64,000 nucleotides of DNA from Pirellulales bacterium (lineage in GTDB: Bacteria; Planctomycetota; Planctomycetia; Pirellulales; UBA1268). A model generated the notes under the pieces. The model was not told the DNA's origin. It saw only the letters and a list, made by a program, of their open reading frames with translations, and did no database searches. The stretch is taken from positions 7,448-71,447 of the forward strand of contig JBILWX010000004.1 of NCBI GenBank assembly GCA_044369655.1, given 5' to 3'. Position numbers and translations under genes: made by a program. Position 1 is the first letter of the stretch, and every line of letters begins with the position of its first letter. This document shows, piece after piece, positions 1 through 9,888 of this stretch.

Positions 1-1
1 G

Positions 2-538
<537 letters not shown>

Positions 539-557
539 GCCGAAAGGCCCAGCCATC

Positions 558-1229
558 ATGACCGACAGTCCCGGCCAGCCCATCCCGCTGGCGAGAAAAA
601 TGGCCGCCGAGTTCTTCGGCACGTTCTGTCTCGTGCTGGTCGGCACCGGGGCGATCGTCGTCAATGACGTGTCCGGAGGCGGCGTGACGCCCGTGGGCGT
701 GGCGCTCTGCTTCGGACTCGCGGTGCTGGCGATGATCCTGTCCGTCGGCGACGTCTCCGGATCACACATCAATCCGGCGGTGACCTGCGGCTTGTGCGCG
801 GCGGGATGGTTTCCCGCCGCGCACGTGATCCCCTACGTCGTCAGCCAATGCGTCGGGGCGATCGCGGCGAGCGGCCTGCTCCGGCTGCTCTTTCCACAGC
901 ACGCCACACTTGGCGCTACGCTGCCGTCGGGGTCGGAGCCGCAGGCGTTTTGTGTCGAGGTCCTGCTGACGGCGATCCTGATGTTCACGATCCTCAACGT
1001 GTCGGCCCGGCCGCTGGTGCGCCTGCTCACGGTCGCCAGCGCCGTGGGCGCGGTGATCGCCATGGCGGCCCTCTGGGCCGGACCGGTCTGCGGCGCCTCG
1101 CTGAATCCGGCCCGCTCCCTCGCTCCCGCCCTGCTGACGGGCACCTATACTTCCTTGTGGATCTATCTCGTCGCGCCGCTGTGCGGCGCCGTGGTGGGTG
1201 TCGTCGCCTGGCGGGCCGTGCGGGGCTGA
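558..1229 (+). CDS. MIP/aquaporin-family channel protein
   Basis: Two NPA boxes (SHINPAVT and ASLNPARS) and about six hydrophobic segments. The ATG at 558 was chosen because ORF part 303-557 overlaps eno and is Arg/Pro/Ala junk. Confidence 0.9.
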   Translation: MTDSPGQPIPLARKMAAEFFGTFCLVLVGTGAIVVNDVSGGGVTPVGVALCFGLAVLAMILSVGDVSGSHINPAVTCGLCAAGWFPAAHVIPYVVSQCVGAIAASGLLRLLFPQHATLGATLPSGSEPQAFCVEVLLTAILMFTILNVSARPLVRLLTVASAVGAVIAMAALWAGPVCGASLNPARSLAPALLTGTYTSLWIYLVAPLCGAVVGVVAWRAVRG

Positions 1230-1250
1230 GCCGGCTGAAGGAGGCGTTTC

Positions 1251-1592
1251 ATGGAGAGCGGCCAACCGCCGTTTCGCGTCGTGGACAGCCCGTGGTTCTG
1301 GGGGCTGGCGTTCTCCCTCATGGCGTTGGTCGGCATGGGGCTGATCGCGCGGAAGTTCGACGTGCGTCAGCGGCAGATCGAGGGGCGGTTCCTGGGGCGG
1401 CAGCAGGCGGCGACCGAGCGGTCGCGGCGGGCCGCCGGCCTGCCGCCGGTCGATCTGGCGGAGGAGGCACGCGACCGGGAGCTCGCGCAGCCCGGCCGGA
1501 TCGTGCCGCTCTGGACGCTCGCCACCGCGGCCGGACTGGCCGCGATCGGCTCAGGCATCATGCTCTCCCGCGAATGGCGGGCTACCCGATGA
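1251..1592 (+). CDS. small hypothetical membrane protein (two predicted TM segments)
   Basis: Strong SD (GAAGGAGG) 6 nt upstream of the ATG. Third codon positions are G/C-rich. Hydrophobic segments are WFWGLAFSLMALVGMGLIA and LWTLATAAGLAAIGSGIML. No recognisable domain. Confidence 0.6.
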   Translation: MESGQPPFRVVDSPWFWGLAFSLMALVGMGLIARKFDVRQRQIEGRFLGRQQAATERSRRAAGLPPVDLAEEARDRELAQPGRIVPLWTLATAAGLAAIGSGIMLSREWRATR

Positions 1593-3300
1593 TGCTGCGG
1601 CGGCGGGAGACGTAGTCCCAGACCACGAAGCGGTCGAGTTCCTTGCCGGCCGTGAAAAACACCCGGCCCTTGGCCGTCTCGGCGAGCCGGTAGGCAAACT
1701 GGATGTCTTCCCGCGACTGCGACCAGCCCGACAGCAGGAACACGTTGAGGGTGATTCCCTCGCGCCGGCAGGCCTGGGCCTCGCGGATCGTCGCCTCCTC
1801 CGTCCGCCGATGCGGCGGATAGAGCAGAAAGAGCTGGCTCCCCTCGAAGTGGGCCGTCGGCAGGCCGTCGGTGATGATGATCACCTGCCGGTTGGGCGTG
1901 TCCTGTCGCGCCAGGTGCTGCCGCGAGAGCTGGAGGGCATGCTGGATATTGGTGAAGTGGGGAGGGATGTCGGTCTCCGCGATCTGCGGGTCGCTCATGT
2001 CGGCCCGCAGCCGGACCACCGAGTCGAAGATCGTGACCGGCTTCGGCATGAGCTTCACGATCTCGCCCGCGGGCCGCGGCTTGGCGAAGGAATACATCTC
2101 GATGAACTGCAGGAAGTCGCCCGGATACTCCCGCTGCACGAGCCCCTGCAGGGCCAGCGCCATCCGCTTCACGTTCACGTGCAGGCCGCCGTAGCGCATC
2201 GAACCGCTCATGTCGAGCACGACGGTGGTGGCGCACTTGGGGGAATTGCGGGTGCGGTGCACCTCGATGTCGCGGGGGGAGAGCGACAGTCGCCCGGCGG
2301 GAGCGGCAGGGGATTCACCGGCCTGCCGGAGCATGGCGTTGACCAGCGACCCGGGGATGTCCATGTGGGCCACGGAGTCGCCGAACTCGTAGGGCCGCGT
2401 CGGCACCAGTTCCACCGCGCCGTCGCCCACGATCGCCCCCTGATGCCGGCCGGTCCGCGAGGGGTCGAGTGCGGAGAAGATCTGCTCGAGCAGCTTGCCC
2501 TGGAAGGTCCGCAGCGCCTTGGGCGTCAGTTCGTAGCCCCGCTTCGTCCGTTCGAGTCCCTGCTGGGCCGCCGCCTGCTCCACCAGTTCCTGAACCTGAC
2601 GGCGCAGCATGTCGAGTTCGTCGAGTCGACCCTGCTCGAGGAATTGCCCCAGTGCCTCCATGTCGATCAGGCCAACGCGGGCGTTTTTCTTCGCCTCCTC
2701 GAGCTGCCGCAGCAGTTCGTCGATCGTTTCCAACTGCTCCTTCACCTCGAGCGCCTCGGGCACCGACAGCTTTTCCCGTCCGGTGAATGTCCACTTCGCC
2801 GCCAGTTCGGCGACCTGATACGCCTCGCCGAGCCGGTCGATGAGGCCGACGAGCTGCATGCCGAACCGGCTCTGGTCGTCGTCCTGTGCATACCAGAGCC
2901 GTTCGATCTGCCGAATCTGCTCGTCACGGACGGCCCGCTGGAACGCGTCGCGATGCTTCGCCGGCGGCTGTACCTGCTGCGCGGCCGCATGGAAAGCCTT
3001 CCGCGCCTTTTTGTGTACCGTGTCAGCCTCGTACCGTTCGAGGATTTGACGCTTGCGGGCCTCCAGTTCCTCGATCATCCGGGTGAGCGACGGCCCCAAC
3101 CCCGTGATCTGCTCCGGGTCGAGCATCACGGCCTCGGCCAGCTGTTCTTCGGTGAGCTCGTCGATGTCGCCGAATTCGAGCATGTGCTCCATGGCGGGCG
3201 TGACCAGGTCGACCTGGGGCGGCCGCGGCGGCGGAATCCGTGCGGGGTCGTACCGCTGGTAGCTGTGGACGATTCCGCCGAGCGTGTCACGGTTGGGCAT
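1582..3300 (-). CDS. VWA domain-containing protein (partner of the upstream ChlI-like AAA+ ATPase)
   Basis: MIDAS motif VVLDMSGSMRYGG, followed by a IIITDGLPT-type VWA core. Start set at the ATG at 3300 (MPNRDTLGG). The longer ORF up to 3462 runs through the repeat element. Confidence 0.8.
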   Translation of the reverse strand: MPNRDTLGGIVHSYQRYDPARIPPPRPPQVDLVTPAMEHMLEFGDIDELTEEQLAEAVMLDPEQITGLGPSLTRMIEELEARKRQILERYEADTVHKKARKAFHAAAQQVQPPAKHRDAFQRAVRDEQIRQIERLWYAQDDDQSRFGMQLVGLIDRLGEAYQVAELAAKWTFTGREKLSVPEALEVKEQLETIDELLRQLEEAKKNARVGLIDMEALGQFLEQGRLDELDMLRRQVQELVEQAAAQQGLERTKRGYELTPKALRTFQGKLLEQIFSALDPSRTGRHQGAIVGDGAVELVPTRPYEFGDSVAHMDIPGSLVNAMLRQAGESPAAPAGRLSLSPRDIEVHRTRNSPKCATTVVLDMSGSMRYGGLHVNVKRMALALQGLVQREYPGDFLQFIEMYSFAKPRPAGEIVKLMPKPVTIFDSVVRLRADMSDPQIAETDIPPHFTNIQHALQLSRQHLARQDTPNRQVIIITDGLPTAHFEGSQLFLLYPPHRRTEEATIREAQACRREGITLNVFLLSGWSQSREDIQFAYRLAETAKGRVFFTAGKELDRFVVWDYVSRRRSIIG

Positions 3301-3360
3301 GGGACGAGTGCTTTCGGGCGGGGACTTGAGGAAACAGCCTCTCATTTGGGCGACGGTTCG

Positions 3361-3503
3361 GGGCTGGCCACGCCCCGTCGCCGGACGTTCGCTCCGGGCA
3401 TCCTGCCCTTCGCTCACTCGATGCTGACTGCGCTCCGGCATCCTGCCTGCGCTGGTCAGCAACGCCGGCTCTCAGGGCGTGGCCAGCCCCGCACGGAATC
3501 CGC
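3361..3503. repeat. palindromic intergenic repeat, copy A
   Basis: Aligns end to end with 5207-5352. A perfect 15-bp terminal stem forms between 3361-3375 (GGGCTGGCCACGCCC) and 3475-3489 (GGGCGTGGCCAGCCC). Confidence 0.9.
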
Positions 3504-3566
3504 GGGGGGCATCCGAACGCCGAACGGTTCAAGAGCGGGCGATGTGCAAATGCTGAAGGAAAAACC

Positions 3567-4994
3567 TTACCGAAACCCTCCCGTGTCGTAGATCGTGCGG
3601 CCGTGGGACTGGAGCCGTGAGATGCGTTCCGTGGCGTAGAGGCCGGCGAGGACGAACTCGATGCAGCTGGCCCGCACGGCCGGGTCGGCCGAGGCGTTGA
3701 CCTCGAAGGCCTTCTCCCAGACCGCCGGCACCTCGCCCACGATCTGCTCGTAGGTCGCCGACGGCACCATGTCGCCCACCTCGATCTTCACACCCTGAGC
3801 GAAGACCTTCGCGATCTCGTCGAGACCGTGCTTCTCCACGTATTCCTCGAAGACCGTCGCGATCGCCTCGGCGACCACGCTGTCGAGCACCTGACGTTCG
3901 GTCATCTGATGGCTCCCCATCAGGTCGAGCTCCAGCTTGCCGAGGCTCGACGCATAGAGGTGCCCCAGGTCGCTGATCCTGGGCACGGCCGGCCGCTCGC
4001 CCAGCCGCACGGCCCGCTGCCGGGCGCTGGCGATCACCGTCTCGTAGTTGGCGATCGAGAAGCGGGCGCTCACGCCCGATTGCTGGTCGATGAACTTGCT
4101 CTTCCGCGCGGCGATCGTGATCTGCTCGAGGATCTCCTTGAGAAAATAGGGCACGGCGACTGGCCACTCGCCCGCCAGATCGACGCCGGCCTCCTGCTCC
4201 GCCACGCGGATGCCGAGATCGCGGTCCCGCGGGTAGTGCGTGTGGATCACGGTACCGATGCGGTCCTTGAGCTGCGGAATGACCTTCCCGGAGCGATTGT
4301 AGGTGGACGGATTCGCCGAGAAGAGCAGCAGGCAATCGATGTCGAACTTCACGGGATAGCCACGAATCTGCACGTCGCGCTCCTCGAGGATGTTGAACAT
4401 CCCCACCTGCACCAGTTCGTCGAGTTCGGGGAGTTCGTTCATGGCAAAGATGCCGCGGTGCATCCGCGGGATGAGTCCGAGGTGCAACGCCTCCTCGCTG
4501 GCCATGCTCGTTCCGCCGGCGAGTTTGGCCGGATCGATCTCGCCGATGATGTCGGCGAACTTCGTCCCCGGTGCCAGCCGCTCGGCGTAGCGATCGTTGC
4601 GATGCCACCAGGCGATCGGCACGTCCCTCGGCTCACGTTCGGCCACCAGCCTCCGGCCGGCGGACGTAATCGGCGCATAGGGATCGTCGTGGAGCGGAAT
4701 CGATGGATCGTCGAGATAGGGGAGATGCTCGTCCAAAAACCGTGCCAGCAGCCGCATCAGCCGGCTCTTCGCCTGCCCCTTCTCGCCGAGGAAGAGCATG
4801 TCGTGGCCGGCGAGCAGGGCGATGTTGATCTCGGGGATCACGGTGTCGTCGTAGCCGACGATGCCGGGAAAGAGTTCCTCGCCGTCGCGAAGACACCGCG
4901 TGAAGTTGGCCCGCAGTTCATCCTTCACGGAACGGCTCTTCCAGCCGCTCACGCGGAGTTCTGCGAGATTTTTGGGAAGATGTGGCTGCGTCAT
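3567..4994 (-). CDS. ChlI/BchI-like (Mg-chelatase subunit I family) AAA+ ATPase
   Basis: Contains [34 protein letters not shown] (Walker A), [34 protein letters not shown] and LLLFSANP. Start set at the ATG at 4994 (MTQPHLPK). The upstream ORF part is repeat-derived. Confidence 0.85.
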   Translation of the reverse strand: MTQPHLPKNLAELRVSGWKSRSVKDELRANFTRCLRDGEELFPGIVGYDDTVIPEINIALLAGHDMLFLGEKGQAKSRLMRLLARFLDEHLPYLDDPSIPLHDDPYAPITSAGRRLVAEREPRDVPIAWWHRNDRYAERLAPGTKFADIIGEIDPAKLAGGTSMASEEALHLGLIPRMHRGIFAMNELPELDELVQVGMFNILEERDVQIRGYPVKFDIDCLLLFSANPSTYNRSGKVIPQLKDRIGTVIHTHYPRDRDLGIRVAEQEAGVDLAGEWPVAVPYFLKEILEQITIAARKSKFIDQQSGVSARFSIANYETVIASARQRAVRLGERPAVPRISDLGHLYASSLGKLELDLMGSHQMTERQVLDSVVAEAIATVFEEYVEKHGLDEIAKVFAQGVKIEVGDMVPSATYEQIVGEVPAVWEKAFEVNASADPAVRASCIEFVLAGLYATERISRLQSHGRTIYDTGGFR

Positions 4995-5206
4995 CGGGCG
5001 GGTGTCCTCGTGAGGTTCGCCCTGATTGTAGGCGCGTCGACGCGAGTGACGCATGCAATGGGTGGCATTGGTTGCGAAAGCGTAGCTCCACGGACAGCGG
5101 AAAGGTACATGCCGCCGGTGGGCGGCAGAAGTACTCGTCGCGTGGGCAGGATAGCCCAAAGCTCCTCGAGCTTCCGCCGACCCACCGGCTCCCCGAGCGT
5201 GCCGCC

Positions 5207-5352
5207 GGGGCCGCCCACGCCCCGTCGCCGGACGTTCGCGAAGGACATCCTGTCCTTCGCTCACTCGGATGCTGACGGCGCTTCGCCCTCCAGGCTTCGC
5301 TTGTCATCATACGCCGGCTCTCGGGGCGTGGGCGGCCCCTCACGGATTCCGC
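5207..5352. repeat. palindromic intergenic repeat, copy B
   Basis: Homologous to 3361-3503. A perfect 17-bp terminal stem forms between 5207-5223 (GGGGCCGCCCACGCCCC) and 5323-5339 (GGGGCGTGGGCGGCCCC). Confidence 0.9.
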
Positions 5353-5420
5353 AAGGCACATAGCGCTAGGCCCGGAGGGCCGGGTTAGCACCAGCCGACG
5401 GAGGTCGGCCAAGCGAAAAT

Positions 5421-5465
5421 GGCAGGATGCCATGTTTGGCGTGAACACGGGGCGTGGGCGGCCCC
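5421..5465. repeat. half copy of the same repeat
   Basis: GGCAGGATGCC...GGGGCGTGGGCGGCCCC repeats the arm of copy B. 5449-5465 is identical to 5323-5339. Confidence 0.7.
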
Positions 5466-5473
5466 GGCCCAGC

Positions 5474-6379
5474 CTAGGACGTCGGCTGTTTCTGCACCGG
5501 CAGGCGGATCGTGATCGCCGTGCCCTTGCCGGGTGCGCTTTCCACGCGGATCCTGCCGCGGTGGGCGTCCACGATCTCCTTGCAGGCCGACAGGCCGAGG
5601 CCCGTGCCCCCCTTGCCGGTCTCGTCCGGACCCGACTTCGTGGAAAATCGCGGCTCGAAAATCCGCCGCATCACGTCGGGCGTCATGCCGCAGCCCGTGT
5701 CCCGGACCATCAGGTCGACCAGGCCGGAGGCGTCGTCGTGCGACAGCCGCAGGATCAGCCGGCCGCCCCCGGCCATGGCCTGCCTGGCATTCACGAGCAG
5801 GTTCAGGAGCACCTGCTGGATCTGCCCCGGGTTGGCCGCCACTTTCGGCACGGGGGCAAATTCCCGCTCGACCTGCACGCGGTATTTCATCAGTTCCCGT
5901 TCGAGCAGCACGAGCACGTCCTCGATCACCAGGTGGAGATTCACCGGCTCGAACCGGGCGGAGCCCGAACGCGACATGCCGAGCACGCTGGCGGTGATCT
6001 TCGCGGCCCGGGTGCCTGCCGACAGGATGCGTTCGAGCGCCTTGTCGCGGGTCGGCTGGTCTCGATGCCGCAGCCCCAGCTTGGCGTAATTGAGGATCGT
6101 CGTGAGGGCGTTATTGAACTCGTGGGTCGTGGTGCCGAGAAGTTCGCCCAGCCCTGCCAGTTTGCGGGCCTCGAGCACCTGGCGACGCAGATCGGCCACC
6201 TCGGCGGCATGCCGCAGGCGGGCAATCTCCAACTGACGGTGCAACGCGGTGGCCTCATCGATGCGACCGGCGGCGACCACGCCCCCTCCGGCAGCACCGC
6301 CGTGCGCGGGCGGCGACGCCGTTCCTGCAGATGGCTGCACGACGCCCCCGGCTCCAGAGGATTGGTCTGTCAGGTGCAC
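5474..6379 (-). CDS. soluble histidine kinase (HisKA + HATPase_c, no sensor domain)
   Basis: H-box LGTTTHEFNNALTTI, N-box QQVLLNLLVNARQA, and G-boxes VRDTGCGM and GTGLGLSACKEIV. GTG start with SD GGGAGGA just upstream. No TM segment. Confidence 0.85.
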   Translation of the reverse strand: MHLTDQSSGAGGVVQPSAGTASPPAHGGAAGGGVVAAGRIDEATALHRQLEIARLRHAAEVADLRRQVLEARKLAGLGELLGTTTHEFNNALTTILNYAKLGLRHRDQPTRDKALERILSAGTRAAKITASVLGMSRSGSARFEPVNLHLVIEDVLVLLERELMKYRVQVEREFAPVPKVAANPGQIQQVLLNLLVNARQAMAGGGRLILRLSHDDASGLVDLMVRDTGCGMTPDVMRRIFEPRFSTKSGPDETGKGGTGLGLSACKEIVDAHRGRIRVESAPGKGTAITIRLPVQKQPTS

Positions 6380-6677
6380 GATTCCTCCCTGTCACCGGCC
6401 CCGGCCGCCTTTGCCCTTCCGATAGCGGCTGCCCCAGCGGCAGTCCCTGCCCAACAGGCAGGGGTTTGGCAATCGGGGCTGTTTGCCCTGCCGCTCAGCC
6501 CAACCTCTTTCCAGTCAAGCACTTATGGCTCCTCGTGGCGTATCGACCTTCTGGCGGCAGCAAGGCTACAATTGCCGGACCGCACCTTTGGGATCACTCG
6601 ACCGTTCAAGTTTCGGTTAGTCGATCGATCTTTCGCACCTTCCCTCCGCCAGCGTCTTCGGGCGGTTTGGAGCTCTC

Positions 6678-7475
6678 ATGTCGAGGCGATACCAACGCTC
6701 CGTCGGCCCAAGGATCGCCCTTCTCGGTCGGCGCGGCATGACATTGGTGGAACTGCTGGTGGTGATCGCCATCATCGGCATGCTGGTGGGCCTGCTGCTG
6801 CCCGCGGTGCAGTCGGCCCGTGAGGCGGCGAGGCGGATGGCCTGCAAGTCGAATCTCAAGCAAATCGGGATCGCCTTCAACGTCTACCTCGACCGGATGA
6901 AGACCGCGAAGTTTCCGGTGGCGGCGCAGGTGCCGAGCATGGAGCCGGCACTGTATGCCCGCTCGGCCGATCCAGCCCTGGATCGCCCCATGTTTCCGAG
7001 CATAGCGACGGCATTGGGCGACTACACCGAAGGAAATCGCGAGGTGTTTCGTTGTCCCTCCGACAGCAGCTACTTTTCCCGCGATCGAACCTCGGCCTAC
7101 ATGCAGGACAAACTGACGAAGCTCAGCGCCATTACGGCAAGTGCGCCCCAGGACGTGCTCGAGGAGTATAAGAATCCTGCCTTTGAAGGCACGAGCTACG
7201 AGTACCCGCAGCGGCGGCTGACCATCTCCGATGCGGTCTCAGGCAAACTGCGAGGCCGAACCCGCGAGGAGGCGGGGCAGAGCCGAAACGGGCAGGCGGT
7301 TTCGACCTCGAAGCTCTGGGTGCTGTACGAATTCCAGCCGTTTCACGCGACCGGTTGGTCGGCGTTTTTCAATGGCGGTGAGACGGAGGCGAACGATACC
7401 GGCGAGAGCGGCTGGCAGCCGCCCGAAGGCGCCCGGAATTTTCTCTACTTCGACGGTCATGTCGACAACCTGTGA
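6678..7475 (+). CDS. DUF1559 / H-X9-DG prepilin-type N-terminal cleavage-methylation domain protein
   Basis: N-terminus [47 protein letters not shown] and C-terminal [11 protein letters not shown]. This is the typical planctomycete family signature. Confidence 0.9.
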   Translation: MSRRYQRSVGPRIALLGRRGMTLVELLVVIAIIGMLVGLLLPAVQSAREAARRMACKSNLKQIGIAFNVYLDRMKTAKFPVAAQVPSMEPALYARSADPALDRPMFPSIATALGDYTEGNREVFRCPSDSSYFSRDRTSAYMQDKLTKLSAITASAPQDVLEEYKNPAFEGTSYEYPQRRLTISDAVSGKLRGRTREEAGQSRNGQAVSTSKLWVLYEFQPFHATGWSAFFNGGETEANDTGESGWQPPEGARNFLYFDGHVDNL

Positions 7476-7518
7476 TGCCGCCCACAGACCATTGCGGCTT
7501 TTTGCCTGAGGGACTTCC

Positions 7519-8343
7519 ATGAGCACCGCCTCGATGCGATCGAACGCTTTTCCGTCGGACGAAGAGAGGTCGCCCGCTGGAAAGGCGATCCGCTGGCTGC
7601 TCATCCTGCTGGCCCTGGGTTTTCTCGGTTTCCTGGTCGCCTGGCTGCTCGGCTATGTGCGACTGATGACCGATCCCCGCGTCGTCGAGATCCGCAAACT
7701 TCAGACTGAAGCACAGCAGAATTTCCTGGCGAACGGCGGCCCTCAGACACTTGACGAAGCCAAGGCGGCTGTCGCAGCCATGGGCCAGATCCGAGAGAAG
7801 ATCGAGTCCCTGCCCGAATCGATGCGTTCCGAGGTCGGCAGGCGCGGCGGCAACATCTTCCGCGGCACGATGCAGACCCGCATCAACGCCTACTTCTCGT
7901 TGCCGCCCGAACAGCGGCAGGCGGAACTCGACCGACAGATCAAGCAGGAGGAACTCTTTCGGAAGGCGTGGGAAGCCTCGCGTCCGGCTGGTCGCCCGGG
8001 GGGTGTCGCGGCCAACGGTGGGCCAGGTGGCGGTGGAAGGGGTGGAGCAGGCGGCGAAACCGGTGGCGGAGGCGGCCCCGGCGGAGCGGGGCCAGGCCCA
8101 GGTGGTGGCGGTGCTGGACCGGGTGGTCCAGGATCCGGTGGTCCAGGATCCGGCGGTCCAGGATCCGGCGGTCCAGGATCCGGCGGTCCACCCCGCAATG
8201 GCTCGGAGGAAGAACGCAACCGCTGGCGGAAAAATATGATCGACAACACCTCTCCCGAAGAGCGGGCGCGGTATGTCGAATACCGGCGGGCGATGGAGGC
8301 TCGGCGGACGCAACTCGGGATGGCGCCGGGCCGCGGTCGCTGA
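7519..8343 (+). CDS. hypothetical signal-anchored protein with Gly/Pro-rich repeat region
   Basis: SD-like GAGGGA upstream. TM segment IRWLLILLALGFLGFLVAWLL. Coding-type codon bias. Low-complexity run GGPGSGGPGSGGPGSGGPGSGGP. No recognisable domain. Confidence 0.65.
   Translation: MSTASMRSNAFPSDEERSPAGKAIRWLLILLALGFLGFLVAWLLGYVRLMTDPRVVEIRKLQTEAQQNFLANGGPQTLDEAKAAVAAMGQIREKIESLPESMRSEVGRRGGNIFRGTMQTRINAYFSLPPEQRQAELDRQIKQEELFRKAWEASRPAGRPGGVAANGGPGGGGRGGAGGETGGGGGPGGAGPGPGGGGAGPGGPGSGGPGSGGPGSGGPGSGGPPRNGSEEERNRWRKNMIDNTSPEERARYVEYRRAMEARRTQLGMAPGRGR
8125..8190 (+). repeat. in-frame 15-bp tandem repeat (GGTCCAGGATCCGGN x4 plus a partial unit), encoding (GPGSG)n
   Basis: Read directly from the sequence. 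It lies inside CDS 7519-8343. Confidence 0.9.
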
Positions 8344-8389
8344 CGCCCGCGTGACGCTTCACGCCCCGCCACGAGGCTGCGACTCAATC

Positions 8390-8650
8390 ATGGACGACAC
8401 ACTCGGTCTGCTCGAGGAAGCGTTGCAGTTGGCTCGTGACGTCGGCCACCACGTCCGCGAGGAGCCGCTGGGTGACATGCCCGGCGGCCCTTGTGTCGTC
8501 GGCGGCAGGCGGACCATCCTGTTGAATCTGGAGCGTCCCGCCGCGGAGCGGCTCTCCGTGCTACTCGGCGTTTTGGCCCGCGATCCTGCCGTCGCGCAAC
8601 AGCCCGTCAGCCGCCTGCTCGCGGCGCGGCTCACGTCGGCAGTCGGCTAG
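8390..8650 (+). CDS. small hypothetical protein (86 aa)
   Basis: ATG at 8390 with coding-like third-position bias. No recognisable domain. Its 3' end overlaps the convergent hydrolase gene by 4 nt. It may not be real. Confidence 0.4.
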   Translation: MDDTLGLLEEALQLARDVGHHVREEPLGDMPGGPCVVGGRRTILLNLERPAAERLSVLLGVLARDPAVAQQPVSRLLAARLTSAVG

Positions 8651-9888
8651 TCTGGCACCGCGGTGCCGTACAGGGCCGCGATCAGCTTTCGGGTGCGGGG
8701 CCCGGGAAGGGCGCCGGCATGCATCGCGTTGGGGATGAAGGCGAATCCCAGCCCCGATTCCGGATCGGCAAACGCGATCGCGCCGCCCGCCCCGGGGTGG
8801 CCAAAGGCCGTTCTGGAGGGTCCGTAGACGCCGTGCTCGTTGGTCATGAAGCCGGCGGCGAACGACGTCTGTTCGAGGAGGACGCGGTCGAGGCCGCTGC
8901 TCAGGGTGGTCCGCATCGCGGCGAGGGTGTTCTCACGGAAGAACGGCGAACAGCCAGCGTGCAGGATCGAGTAGAACCGGGCGAGTGCATCGGCCGTGGC
9001 GATCGCGCCGAGCGAGGGGAGCGACGCGCCGCGCAGGGCGGGCGTGTTCATGACCGCCGGGGTGAGCACCCCGCCCGGTTCGCTGAGCGCCCGGCGGGTG
9101 AGGGAGGAGGCATCGGCAAAGGCCTTCGAAAACGGGCCCGGGGACGGCGGAACCTTGGGAGCGATGACGGCGGCCGCGGTGTCGATCAGGTCACCGGGCA
9201 GCCCAAACCAGAGATCGAGGCCGAGCGGGCCGCGGAAGATATGCTCCCAGGAGGAGGCCAGCGTTTCGCCCGCCACCCGCCGAACGATCTCGTCGAGCAG
9301 GAAGCCGAAGGTGCGGGCGCCGTAGCCATGACTGCCATCGACGGGCCAGTTCGGCGGCTGCGCCGCCAGGGCGGTGGCCACCGCCTCGTGATCGGTGATT
9401 GCCAGCCCCTTGCAATCGATCGCGGCGAGGCCTGCGCGGTGCGAAAGAAGTTCCGCAAGGCTGATCCGCTCCTTGCCCGCCGCTGCGAATTCGGGCCAGA
9501 GGGCCGCCACCGGTGTCTCCAGCGAAATGTTCTGCTCGTGCAGCACGTGCAGCGTGCAGGCGGCGGCGATCCCCTTGCTGGCCGACCAGATGAGGCAGGG
9601 TGTCGATGCCGTCCATGGTCTCCCGGCCGCGGCCTCGCCGCCGTGAATGGAGAGGAGTGGTCTGCCCCGCTGCCACAGGGCGAGCGCGGCTCCCCCGCCA
9701 CCAGCGGCGCGGGAGCATTCGCCGAGCATTTCTCCGCAGGCGTGCCGGAGGCGATCGACGGCTGCGGCCGGATCGAGGCGGCCGTCGCTCGCCGCGATGG
9801 TGACCGATCGCTTCGCCTGAGGCGTCGCGGCCGACGGTGTCTCCGAATCGCTCATCGAGGAACTCCTCAGGCGGGACGTGTCGCTCAT
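8647..9888 (-). CDS. beta-lactamase-fold serine hydrolase (class C / esterase-like)
   Basis: SxxK motif in IWSASKGIAAACTLHVL. Overall layout is beta-lactamase-family-like (HRAGL, GYG, HPGAGG). The ATG at 9888 overlaps the upstream stop (ATGA). An alternative ATG at 9855 has SD GAGGAG. Confidence 0.8.
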   Translation of the reverse strand: MSDTSRLRSSSMSDSETPSAATPQAKRSVTIAASDGRLDPAAAVDRLRHACGEMLGECSRAAGGGGAALALWQRGRPLLSIHGGEAAAGRPWTASTPCLIWSASKGIAAACTLHVLHEQNISLETPVAALWPEFAAAGKERISLAELLSHRAGLAAIDCKGLAITDHEAVATALAAQPPNWPVDGSHGYGARTFGFLLDEIVRRVAGETLASSWEHIFRGPLGLDLWFGLPGDLIDTAAAVIAPKVPPSPGPFSKAFADASSLTRRALSEPGGVLTPAVMNTPALRGASLPSLGAIATADALARFYSILHAGCSPFFRENTLAAMRTTLSSGLDRVLLEQTSFAAGFMTNEHGVYGPSRTAFGHPGAGGAIAFADPESGLGFAFIPNAMHAGALPGPRTRKLIAALYGTAVPD

